Source: Schmidtea polychroa
Lineage: Eukaryota
NCBI GenBank assembly: GCA_044892525.1
Contig: CM097888.1
Location: 51,398,001-51,462,000, forward strand
Reading direction: 5' to 3'
Length of the DNA stretch: 64,000 nt
Shown here: positions 37,306 to 47,852 of the stretch, piece after piece
How the letters are laid out: each line of letters starts with the position of its first letter
Position numbering within the stretch: position 1 is the first letter of the stretch
Position numbers and translations under genes: made by a program
Notes under the pieces: generated by a model
What the model saw: only the letters and a program-made list of their open reading frames with translations
Databases searched by the model: none
What the model was told of the DNA's origin: nothing

Positions 37306-38213
37306 TTGATCACTGATCAATTGTATTTCCTCAGAGTATGCTTGGCAGTCCAGAAAGGGTACCACAACAACAAGGATGTCCCTTTTCTACAAATGGCACA
37401 ACCAGGAAATTTGAATCACAGTCGCTGGCTAACGAAAGCTAATAGAATTCTGCGACTATATATGTCCGAAACTGCTCCATCTGAACCTCTCATGCGAATA
37501 GTGAAATTTATTGTCAATTTCTATGGACCGTCATGGTTTTATATAAAGACTCACTCGTCATGCCAAGATGGTGCAAGAAATATTTTTTATATGCTCCAAC
37601 TTCTGCAGGATTTGGATCCATCAGACCAAGAAATCATCTTTCCTGTCATTCAGAACAACAATTACTTCTCACATACAGAAAATATACTCCTAGCTGCTGT
37701 TGGTGATGATGATGAAGAAATCAGAAAGTTTGCAACAGAAAAAATCATAACTGCAAGACAAAATTTTCTCCCTTCCGAAGTGATTCGCACTATGGACAAG
37801 AATACTGTCTTTCTTCAGTCGTCTGCTACATCATATGTTGACATGATTGACTGGACAAAATGTAATTTGACGCCTCCCCCTCTTTTATCTCATATATTGG
37901 ATCATGAATTGAAGATGAATAAGAAAATTACATTAGAACAATTTCCCTGTCATTCTCAAGCCGTTGAAAGAGCCATCAAAGATGTTTCTTCTGCCAGTTG
38001 CAAAGTGTTTGGTCACAGACATGGTATGGTACTACTGTGTAAAAAATCAAGGAAGGAATTGCCCAAGGTGCAAAGCAAAGCTGATTTCATGTGACTTCTT
38101 TTTATGCCCTCGCTAATACATTTCTAAACTTTTGGCTGGATGTTTTTAATAAAAAATAATTTCGAAAGTTGATTTTTGTCTTTGAAAAGGATAATTCAAA
38201 TTTGGCCCTTCCT
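37306..38213 (+). mobile_element. C-terminal half of a hAT-related (hATm-like) transposase (37306-38094) and probable right end
   Basis: Motifs PGNLNHSRWLTKANRILRLY, YFSHTENILLA, PPLL and FPCHSQAVERAIK. 5'-truncated. Possible terminus ..GGCCCTTCCTA(A) near 38213. Confidence 0.75.
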
Positions 38214-38673
38214 AATCACTGACGTTGTCAGGATATATTTCAATGCGGGATGAGGACACAGAATATACTATCTCAGCCCAAGAGAGTAAATAATATACTT
38301 ATAAGCTCTTAAGAAAGCTACATCTAAATATGGACAAAGGCGCAAAACACATTCCGACACTAGCCAAATTACATTGTTTTCACACTTATGTTGAACTGCA
38401 TTTTCGGAGAAAAGTTGGGAGCAGTAAATGTCCATAAATCTAAGAAAAATGGTTTGATTCGATTTTTCTATACCAAAATACAACTTTTTAACCATGTTTC
38501 CTTTCTTGAACTCAAAATTTATTNNNNNNNNNNNNNNNNNNNNNNNNNNNNNNNNNNNNNNNNNNNNNNNNNNNNNNNNNNNNNNNNNNNNNNNNNNNNN
38601 NNNNNNNNNNNNNNNNNNNNNNNNNNNNNNNNNNNNNNNNNNNNNNNNNNNNNNNNNNNNNNNNNNNNNNNNN

Positions 38674-41237
38674 TTAAATTGTTTTAAGTTTATATATGTA
38701 TTAATTATAGTTTTTTATATTGTTGTTGGAATCATGGGGGGGGGGGGGTAAACCCCCAGTACCCCCCTGCGTACGCGCATGGGCCCGAGCCAAACACACC
38801 AGGAAATGGTACCTCCTTAAACATTTATTAGCATATATTTGTTTAAATGAAGTGATTTGTATATAATTTTTTATTATTTGTTTAAATTGTGTAATTTTAT
38901 TTTCAGATTTCTTATAAATATGAAATTTTTAAAAAGGCCTTAATAGAAATTTTCAATAACAAATTAAAATAAAATCATTTTTATGGGGTTACCATTTCCT
39001 GGTATATTTGACTTGACCTTCTGATATTACTGCTATAATCATCTTTGACGAAATCCAATAATGATATTTTCAGTGCCTTTGTTAACCATGCGTATGTATT
39101 GCAATGTCCTAGTTAATTATGCACTTATGTGGCAAATTTATTAGTCATGCAATTATATTTGTTTACCATGGCAAATTCTTAGCCAATTTAGTGAAAAATA
39201 CATGGTTATTTTAAATATAGAGCAATTTCTTAAGTAAGTTAGTAAAATATGATCATTTTCAGACAAAATTTAGCAATTCACAAACAATTTAGTTAGAAAT
39301 TCATGCATCTTGTCATGCCATTTAATTAAAATATGATTATCCGACAGTTCTATTCACAAGTTATATAGTACATAATAACATGCCACCTCATTGCGAATTG
39401 ATTTAGACGGGTTCACCATGCGCGCATATTAATTAATCACCATATCAAATGGTTCAAATTAATTGTCAAAGAAAGTTTAAAATAAAAATTATTAATAAAG
39501 CTGAAATCTCATTGGCTAATTTTAGTCTGTCCGATGTGCATAATCATAAAAATTAAAAAGTAAGCGTTTGTTATTTGCGGCTCCTCGTTCGCAAATATAA
39601 TTTATTTGATCCAGGAAAATGAAGAATATATAATCAAAAATAAAAATAATGAGAAAATAAACTAAATAATGATATTATCAGTAAATGAATGTCAATACAA
39701 AATGACAATAACGTAAAATTGCAAAAAGATAATTAATTCAAAAAATGCGTTATTATGAAATTGTTCTATTAAATGCTAAAAATGCTTGTAAATATGAATT
39801 ATATGAATTTATTGCAAAATCCTGCAAAGTCATCCCCTTCCTCATACAGAGAAACCCTCTAATTGTTAGATATATACGCATTAGAAGTGGTCACAATAAT
39901 ATTTTGCTTTGGCCTCTCTTTTACATGAAGCAACCGATGAAGGGCGTCTTTGAAACTCAGCATTTTCCAATAAAATACCAAGCCATTTGTGCATTGTTGA
40001 AGCATATAAATGTTCCATCCAATATCACCAATATTATACGCAAATCTTAAACGGTCTTCAGCTTCTGGATCTGTTTCATTCTGCATAAGAAACGCCAAAA
40101 TAAAGGAAATCGACGTTGGTAGCGAACCGATTGTATACAATATAGATAATACAAGTAAAATGACACATGCAGACATTTCCTTGCGTACATTAGAGCAATT
40201 TGCGGCTCTAATTTGATCCCTTAATTGTTGTCCTTTATTTATTTGATAAAACAATGCTACATTGACAACAATAATTGCAACAGTTTGGAAAGATCCGCAA
40301 AATGAGAATAATACATTATAAACTTGCAAAAAGGTTGCCAAACCTTGCTCATCAGTTGAAACTTTGATCCAACAGAGAGTTTTCTGATTCCCAATTTCAG
40401 TGTATCCCATATAGATGGCAAATGGACTCATTAGAATGAAGCTAGATATAATCACTCCAATTGAAGACTGCCAAGCTCGTTTAAGGGGAATGTTTAAACA
40501 TTTTAATGGCCAAAAAATAGCAAACCACCTATCAACTGATGCCAACAGAAATATGGAACTGGCAGAACAAGAAATAGCTGCTATAAAGTAGCGATGAAGT
40601 TTGCATGAAATTTCCCCTTGGTTATAAGTGAAAAAAGAAACCTTTCCAAAAGAAGCATATGGTAATCCTTTAGCAAAAAAGATCCAAATCCAACCGTAAC
40701 AAATAATATTTACCGAATCACAACTAGCTATAAATGACAGATAGATATACTGACGAGTTCGGTCATGGAGTTTGGAACTTAATATATAAATGGTTATCAT
40801 GTTTGATATAATGCCAAATAGGGAAATTATGGGGAGGATGTAAGCTGCCCAGAAGCCCATTATATGGCTAAATATACAGAATACGAGAGTATTTCTTGTT
40901 GATTTATTCAACCTCATTTCCTCACAAGCCGTTAATAAATCCCAAGGACTGTCAACATATTTCCAACGAGCTTTCAGATCTAGAAACGTAAAATTAGACA
41001 TTATTAAATTTGTAAAAATAACAATTAAATTGCATTCGATATAAATTGCATAAATTCCGATGATTTGATTGGTTGATCGCGTAAATGTGAAAGTGCAAAA
41101 GCATTCAAGCGCGAATTGTTTTTACGTGGAAAACTCTTTTATGGCAAATTATTTGTTTTATTGTTTTTTAAAATGAAAAAATGTTTGAAACGATTTTCGA
41201 TTTCCTGAATTTGTCACAATTTGTTTAATGCATAAAA
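38674..41237 (-). repeat. Arm 2 of the inverted duplication; includes the MITE end (38781) with the same TSD
   Basis: Reverse complement of 14282-16848 with scattered substitutions. The GGCCCGAG TSD copy is at 38782-38789. Confidence 0.9.
39859..41001 (-). CDS. Intronless orphan 7TM GPCR, near-identical to 14516-15658
   Basis: 380 aa with four substitutions seen (MKLN/MRLN, AGCD/ASCD, KMPS/KMLS, KEGP/KERP). Confidence 0.9.
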   Translation of the reverse strand: MSNFTFLDLKARWKYVDSPWDLLTACEEMRLNKSTRNTLVFCIFSHIMGFWAAYILPIISLFGIISNMITIYILSSKLHDRTRQYIYLSFIASCDSVNIICYGWIWIFFAKGLPYASFGKVSFFTYNQGEISCKLHRYFIAAISCSASSIFLLASVDRWFAIFWPLKCLNIPLKRAWQSSIGVIISSFILMSPFAIYMGYTEIGNQKTLCWIKVSTDEQGLATFLQVYNVLFSFCGSFQTVAIIVVNVALFYQINKGQQLRDQIRAANCSNVRKEMSACVILLVLSILYTIGSLPTSISFILAFLMQNETDPEAEDRLRFAYNIGDIGWNIYMLQQCTNGLVFYWKMLSFKDALHRLLHVKERPKQNIIVTTSNAYISNN

Positions 41238-42359
41238 CAATGCATAAAGTCAATTGACATTAGACCCAGAGTATCAGGAACTTAGCTAGTGCCGGATTAC
41301 TAAACAATTTTATAGTTCCTTCTATGTTTTTCGGGGAAAAAACTAATTTTCATTTCGACCTTTTCATTTAGCAATACAACGACAATACAACTGTAAGAAA
41401 ACACAGAAAGTCCAAATAATACTAAGAATTTTGCAAAGAACTCCGTTCGAATAACCTAATTAGAGAAACTTGCTTCTATTGCCAGGAAAAGGGTTATTAC
41501 AAATAAAATGAGCCCTTAATAGGTTCTGCTACTATGGGATACTGCTAGCAAGGATTTATTATAGGTTGAGAAATACAGTTGATGAAATAGTAATACTTAT
41601 CTTAGAAAGCGGGAACATTTAAACATTTGAAAAACGTAATGTATCAATCTTTAGCGAATAGTAAAGCTCTATGATAATTAAATTATAATATAATTTATTT
41701 CGTTAAACAAATGATATTTTTCATTATTTACATCACAAATACTGGAACAAATCATTGTATATCCACAAGGTTTATATAGATACCATGTTAATTGGAAGTA
41801 AAATGTTTTAGTTTATTATTATTATTAAAGTAATGATTTCTTGTTAGCAGCATTTATTATTTAAAACAATAAAGTGATAATTTAAGTCTTTTGCTGCGAA
41901 TAATGTATTTTATGAAAACTTTTTCGATTATAAGATAGTCCTTGTCAATCTCCTCGAATTTAGCATTCTTCTTCCTGAACATACATCTCTATCTTTCTTT
42001 TATTTCATTTTTTTTACTTCTAATTGATTAAAAATATAATATAATGATATACTCCTTTTTGAATTTCTAAAAAATTTTCATTTAAAATTAAAATTAAATA
42101 TCCTTTAAAATTCAAAATGACACCAACTAAAATTTTTTAATTTTTAAAGTTTCTATAAATAGCCCCTAGAAGCCTATTTTAATAAAATATTTTAAAATAT
42201 TTATAAGATAAAGCTTCCAATATCTATTTATATACGCGATTTAAATATTTTAATAAATGTGTCGATTTTGATTTTTATTCCTATCTTTTGAAAGCATATT
42301 TCCTAAAATTTCTATATTATTTTAATTATTACTTTTTTAAATTTCTTTTATATTATCAG

Positions 42360-42645
42360 TTATTCTCAAGGTCGATGATAACAGATCAAATTGATGATTT
42401 CATTGATTATGAATGTATTCCAGTGTTGGCAATCTGTTTATAATGAGAATTGCTTCTTTGAATCTGACATTTTCTTTGGATGTTTCCATTGGCTACGATT
42501 TTCATTGAAATATTTTTTCTTTCCTTTCTTGGCTGAATTGTTGGAGATGTCTGTTTACCGATGATTTTCCACCAGGATCTAGATGTTCTTTAACTCTTTG
42601 GTGCAAGGTCCTGATTGTACTTCCAATGTATATTTCCTTGCATAA
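42360..42645 (-). pseudogene. Second Penelope-like GIY-YIG remnant, split by the gypsy insertion (upstream part 47853-47937)
   Basis: Joining the flanks over one TSD copy gives ..IMCN(L/V)CKEIYIGSTIRTLHQRVKEH; upstream reads ENCQTPKDMCFRKNIVY. Confidence 0.8.
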
Positions 42646-42873
42646 TGTTAATAATAACCAGTTAATAATCTAGAAATAGTTATTTTTAATACAAAATGCA
42701 AAATACAAATTATTGCTCAAATCTGGTATTATTAAAACACCCGATTTAAATGGCGAATTAATTAATTAAATAATAATGATAATTATGCGTGCCAGCTTTT
42801 ATACTTATTATACTTTTTCTTATAATATAATATATATTTTATTTATAAATTAATTATTTAAATATCCCTAACA
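42646..42873 (-). repeat. 3' LTR of the gypsy element (228 bp)
   Basis: TGTTAATAAT...CCCTAACA on the plus strand, preceded by the PPT on the minus strand. Confidence 0.97.
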
Positions 42874-45800
42874 TCTCCCCTGTTTAAAAGATTTTAGCCA
42901 TTCAACGTTGCGGATTATAATTTTCCCATCTCTGTCTTGTAATTCATAACTATTTGCATGGATCTTTCTAACAATTACGAAAGGTCCTATATATCGGTCC
43001 TCCTCTTTTTTTCTCAAATCTACTTTAACTAAAACTTCTTCATTTATATCGAATTCTCGGTGTATTCGGTTTTCATTTTTATAATTTAAATTTCTTTGTT
43101 TTGATTGCACTTCCTCCACTATTTTACTTCTATCGTTGTATATTCTTTTATTATTGTTCCATTCTCTAGATATCCGAAAACTAAATACTGCTTCTGATGG
43201 ACTCTTTCCAGTTGTGCTTTGAATGGTAGCATTTAAAGTAAACTCAATTTCAGGTAACACTTCAACCCAATTTCTCTTAAGTTTATCTCTTAATGATGTA
43301 CTGATAAAATCTCGTATTGTTCGAAATTGTCTTTCAATCAAACCATTAGTGTTATGATGATAAGGGCTAGAAAATTGTAGCTGTATATTGTGATTCTTAG
43401 CCAACTCTTTTATCAAGTTAGACTCAAATGTTTTTCCACAATCAACATGAATAATTCTCGGTGCCCCGTATTTTAATATCCAGAATTTCACAATAGTATC
43501 CGCTGTAGTTTTTTCGTCCTGCTTTGCTACTGCTGTCAACGAAATGTATCGACTACACATATCTATAATTCCCAAAATATATTTCTTTCCATGAATGTTT
43601 GCCTGCAAAGGTCCACAAAAATCTATCGCTATAACCTCAAATGGTTCCGCCACTTGTGCTTTTACAATTAGTTCTTTTGTTTTTGTTGTCAATGTTTTTC
43701 GTTTCTGGCATATTTCACAACTTTGAATATATTGAGTCGCGATTGTATTTAATTCCTCCATATCGTAATTAACTTTTATATAATCGATTACCTTCTTGCA
43801 TCCAGCGTGACACAACATTTTGTGCATCTCTTTGACAAATTCTATTCTATTTACTTTTGGAATCCAAATTTTATTTTCTCTTGTTAAAATTAAATCTTCG
43901 ATGATTTTAAATCTTGTAGTCTCATTTTTATCTATTGCTTTTCTCATATGTTCTATCTCTTCATTACCTTTTTGCCATTGCAATCCATGTTTAGTGGCTG
44001 TCATTGTCAGCAATCTGGTTTTTACTTTCTCTGTCTTGGCATCTTCATGGATTTCCATACACTGTGTACATTTCCCACATTTATCTCTCGATAATGCGTC
44101 AGCGTTCGAATGGTCAATTCCTTTTCGATATTTAATATCCATATCTAAACTACTCAAGAAATTTATCCATGTCTGAAATTGTGCCGTTATAGGTTTTTTT
44201 GTTGTCATCATAAATGTTATAGCCTTGTGATCCGTTCTTAGCTGGAATCGCTTGCCGTAAAGATAGTGCTTAAAATGCTGTGCAAAGTAATAAATTGCTA
44301 AAAGTTCCTTTCTCGTGATACAGTATCCTATTTCATGTTTACTCATCGTATGTGAACCATAGGCAATAACACGTTCATTACCTAGATCATCAATCCGTGA
44401 CAAAACAGCTCCTATAGTGTCGAAACTGGCATCCGTATCCAAAATAAATTCTTTCTCATAATCAGGATATATTAGAACTGGTGTAGTTGATAGTGCTTTC
44501 TTCAATTCCTCAAAACTTTCTTGACATTCTTTTGACCAAACTAACTTATCTTTATTGTTTCCGCACATCGATTCTAATATTCTTGCGAATTTTGAATAAT
44601 TTTTTATAAATTTTCTGTAATAATTACACAGTCCTAAGAAACTCCTCAATTGCTTTAAACATTTTGGTCTTTGAAACCCCTTTATTGCTTCTATTTTAGC
44701 TTCATCGACTTTAACACCTTCGCAAGTTATAATGTGACCAAGAAATTTTGTTTCCTTCACCAAAAATTTGCATTTTACAGGATTTATTCTCAATCCTGCT
44801 TCTTTTATTTGTTCTAATACTTCATTTATTCTTTTTATATGATCTTCTTTGTCTTTTGAGAATATTAAAATATCATCTAAATACACTATAGCAATTTTCC
44901 ATAATAATTTTCCTAAAACCATATTCATTAATTTTTGGAATGTAGCTGGAGCAGCAGCAATCCCAAATGGCATCCTATTAAAGCAGAACTGCCCAGATCT
45001 TGTTGAGAACGCTGTCTTTTCTTGCGAATTTGCTGTCAATTCAACCTGATAATATGCGCTTCCCAGATCAACGGTGCTAAAGTACATTGATCCATTTAAT
45101 GAATCTAACATCTGTTCGATATTAGGCATTGGGAAGATTTGTCTTTCTGTCATTTTATTTAAACTTCTAAAATCTAAACATAATCGAATATCATTTTTCT
45201 CCTTCTTCCAGACACATACTAACGGCGTATTCCACGGTGAGTCACACTTCCTAATTATGCCGTTTTCTTCCAAATTTTTAATAGCTTCTTCAATCTTTTC
45301 TTCTAGGTGGGCTGGCTGTCTTCTTGGGTTCAAATGGATTGGTCCTTCAACAGTTTTAATATCATGCTTTAATAGATTGGTTTTGCCTATATCCCACTTA
45401 TCAATCATAAATACTTCGGCATTTTTTTTTATTACTCCATAAAGTTTGTTGTCACACCTTAATCCTATAAATTCTATTGCTCTTTTAAATCGAAGTTTAT
45501 CACTCGTTCTTTTCCCAAATTTGGCTTCAATGTTGCATAGTTCCATATTATTATATTCGCTTGCATTTTCGATGTTATTTCCGATAACTTTCATTAGTTT
45601 TATGTCAAACCTACGTAATAAATCGATTCCTCCAATTATCGATGGAGATACATTTTCAACTACTACAAAAACAATATTTTCTTCTCTACTTCCTATATTT
45701 ATTCTAAGCTTGATTCTTCCCAAAGTTTTTAATGGACTACCATTTGCGCACCAGATTTTGTCTCCGTGTTCGTTTATAACTGGATTTCCGATCTCCTTTA

Positions 45801-46555
45801 TAATCGAACTATCAATCACATTCATTCTAGCTCCTGTATCCAACAAACAATTCTTAAAGTAATTATTTATGCCTATTATTACACTTGGACGTCCACCCAT
45901 TTTATCATAAACAATATTATACTCATCCTTCTTCAAATATGTTTCACTTCTATATTGTATTTTACAGTCACATGTATCAAATATTTTATCCTTTTCATTA
46001 TGTACATAAATCATATTTTCTGGTTTTTTTAATTTTTTTACGTCATCTATCGATAAAATCTGAGTACAATTATTTTTACATTCTTTTTTATTATCGTCAT
46101 CAATTTTTAGTTTTTCAAAATTGTTTTCATTAGGCATATTTAAAATAATTGCATCATGAATATCCGTAACTTTATTTTTTACACTTTCTATTATATCACA
46201 TTGATTCGCTTTTTTAAAATTTGTTTCTAGCTCATTATTTTTTTCCAACTATATCGATATTTCCTACAATTCTACTGCTACCATTATTTCTGATTACATT
46301 ATTCTCATCCAACATTTTATTATTTACTTTATTTAAATTATCTACTAAAGGACTTATACTATTCACGTTATTATTAATATTTTCTACATTATATACATTA
46401 TTTACAAAAGGAATTATACTATTCACTTTACTACTAATACTATTAATATATTTATATTTACTTATACAATTATACTGGCATACACAATGGTCATTATTAC
46501 CCATTAATTCATTGCTCCGATCATCTCGCCCAACGATGGAGCTTCTTGGTTTGGG
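42868..46555 (-). CDS. pol: Pol (protease, RT, RNase H, integrase), reached by -1 frameshift; one-base break in an A7 run at 46238-46244
   Basis: LLDTGA, YLDD, LDTDAS, HHCC, DDE (IDFCG, VDCG, IER) and GPF motifs in 42868-46248. That ORF starts at TTG just after a TAG. The bridging -1 ORF 46235-46573 fuses to it if one A is removed. Confidence 0.88.
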
Positions 46556-47625
46556 TAGTCTTCGTCTTGGCATGAAATCTTTTCGTCGTTCTCGGCTTGA
46601 TCAGTCTGAAACGCGGCTACCTGTGTCCGTCTCGGTGGTCCCCGCTCGTCTGCGTATCTTCTTCTGTCTGTCTGATTCCAGCATCGAAATCGTAAGTGGC
46701 CTCTTCTACCGCATCCTGAGCACGATATTGATGGGCATTCTCTTCTGTTGTGTCCAATATCTTTACACGCAAAACATCTCATCTCTGCATTCTGTGCTCT
46801 CTGATTGCACTCTCTGGATTGGTGCCCTTCTTTTCCACATTGGAAGCATTTCTGAACCCTTGGTTTCCGACATTCTCGACTCATATGACCCACCTCCTGA
46901 CAATTCCAACATGTAATAACTGGTCTGCTTCTAACCGGCATTTCTCTTTGTTGGAATCTGTTCTGGAAATTATCGGCTTTCATCTTCGGTGTTGAATCAT
47001 ATCTGTGTTCACTTCGTTGTGAATTTGTAAAAGTTCTGCTTTGGTTCTGTCTATCGGCAAATCCTTGTCTCGTCTTGACAATACTCGCAAACGTTTCCTT
47101 CCTTCTATTCAAAACTGAAATTCCGGATACTTCAATGTTTATATCATCGACCTTCTTTATCACTCCTTTTATTTCGTCGACGCTCATCGCATCTCTCATC
47201 TTTATTTCTTTCTGTGTATCCTTGTCTTTGATACAATGGACCAAAAAATATGACATTAATTCTTTCTTGTCCCATTTGTGCTTCAGAACTTGGTCAACCA
47301 TCTTTTCTATTTTTTCGAAATATACTGGAGCAGTATCATCGTTCTTTTCATAATTGCAGAGGGTTAGAAAATCCCCTATCAACGTCGTTGGTTTCTTGAA
47401 AGCCTTTTTCAATCTGTCTTCAAAACAAATTTCATTTTCTTCTATTGCTTCATAAATTGGCAACAATTCTCTTGCGATTAAACATTTGATCATCATACTT
47501 TGGCTGGATTGTTCTAGTCCACATAATTGGAAATACCTCTTGCATTTTCCAATAAAAACGTCTACATCGACGCTGCCATCGTAAATATCCGGGATCATTT
47601 TATTGATCATTGCCAGGGTCGCCAT
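46504..47625 (-). CDS. gag: Gag with four CCHC zinc knuckles
   Basis: CWNCQEVGHMSREC, CFQCGKEGHQSREC, CFACKDIGHNRREC and CSGCGRRGHLRFRC. N-terminal IPDIYDGSVDVDVFIGK capsid-like start. Confidence 0.93.
   Translation of the reverse strand: MATLAMINKMIPDIYDGSVDVDVFIGKCKRYFQLCGLEQSSQSMMIKCLIARELLPIYEAIEENEICFEDRLKKAFKKPTTLIGDFLTLCNYEKNDDTAPVYFEKIEKMVDQVLKHKWDKKELMSYFLVHCIKDKDTQKEIKMRDAMSVDEIKGVIKKVDDINIEVSGISVLNRRKETFASIVKTRQGFADRQNQSRTFTNSQRSEHRYDSTPKMKADNFQNRFQQREMPVRSRPVITCWNCQEVGHMSRECRKPRVQKCFQCGKEGHQSRECNQRAQNAEMRCFACKDIGHNRRECPSISCSGCGRRGHLRFRCWNQTDRRRYADERGPPRRTQVAAFQTDQAENDEKISCQDEDYPNQEAPSLGEMIGAMN
46514..46555 (-). promoter_or_regulatory. -1 programmed ribosomal frameshift signal
   Basis: C CCA AAC heptamer in the gag frame (46549-46555), 6-nt spacer, then stem-loop GCUCC-AUCGUU / GAUGAU-C-GGAGC. 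Confidence 0.75.
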
Positions 47626-47852
47626 GTTAATAATAACCAGTTAATAATCTAGAAATAGTTATTTTTAATACAAAATGCAAAATACAAATTATTGCTCAAA
47701 TCTGGTATTATTAAAACACTCGATTTAAATGGCGAATTAATTAATTAAATAATAATGATAATTATGCGTGCCAGCTTTTATACTTATTATACTTTTTCTT
47801 ATAATATAATATATATTTTATTTATAAATTAATTATTTAAATATCCCTAACA
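47625..47852 (-). repeat. 5' LTR of the gypsy element (228 bp)
   Basis: Identical to 42646-42873 except CACCCG/CACTCG, followed by the PBS. Confidence 0.97.

Larger units (their letters stand above)
42646..47852 (-). mobile_element. Young full-length Ty3/gypsy LTR retrotransposon, 5207 bp
   Basis: 228-bp TG..CA LTRs with 1 mismatch seen, PBS TGGCGACC, PPT AAACAGGGGAGA, gag + PR-RT-RH-IN order, 5-bp TSD CATAA/CATAC. Confidence 0.97.

Noticed and set aside
41950-41985. Possible second hammerhead downstream of the 42.4-kb Penelope remnant (GGAAGA-A-GAAU-GCUAA-AUUC-GAGG on the minus strand)
   Set aside because: The catalytic core deviates at CUGA and GAAA, so it is at best a dead relic.
43820-46133. 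Several plus-strand ORFs over pol
   Set aside because: Antisense shadows with no motifs.
46221-46916. 231-aa hydrophobic plus-strand ORF that looks like a membrane or env-like protein
   Set aside because: It is the antisense shadow of the Asn-rich repeat linker and gag 3' end. It has a non-ATG start, and its hydrophobicity follows from A-rich sense codons.
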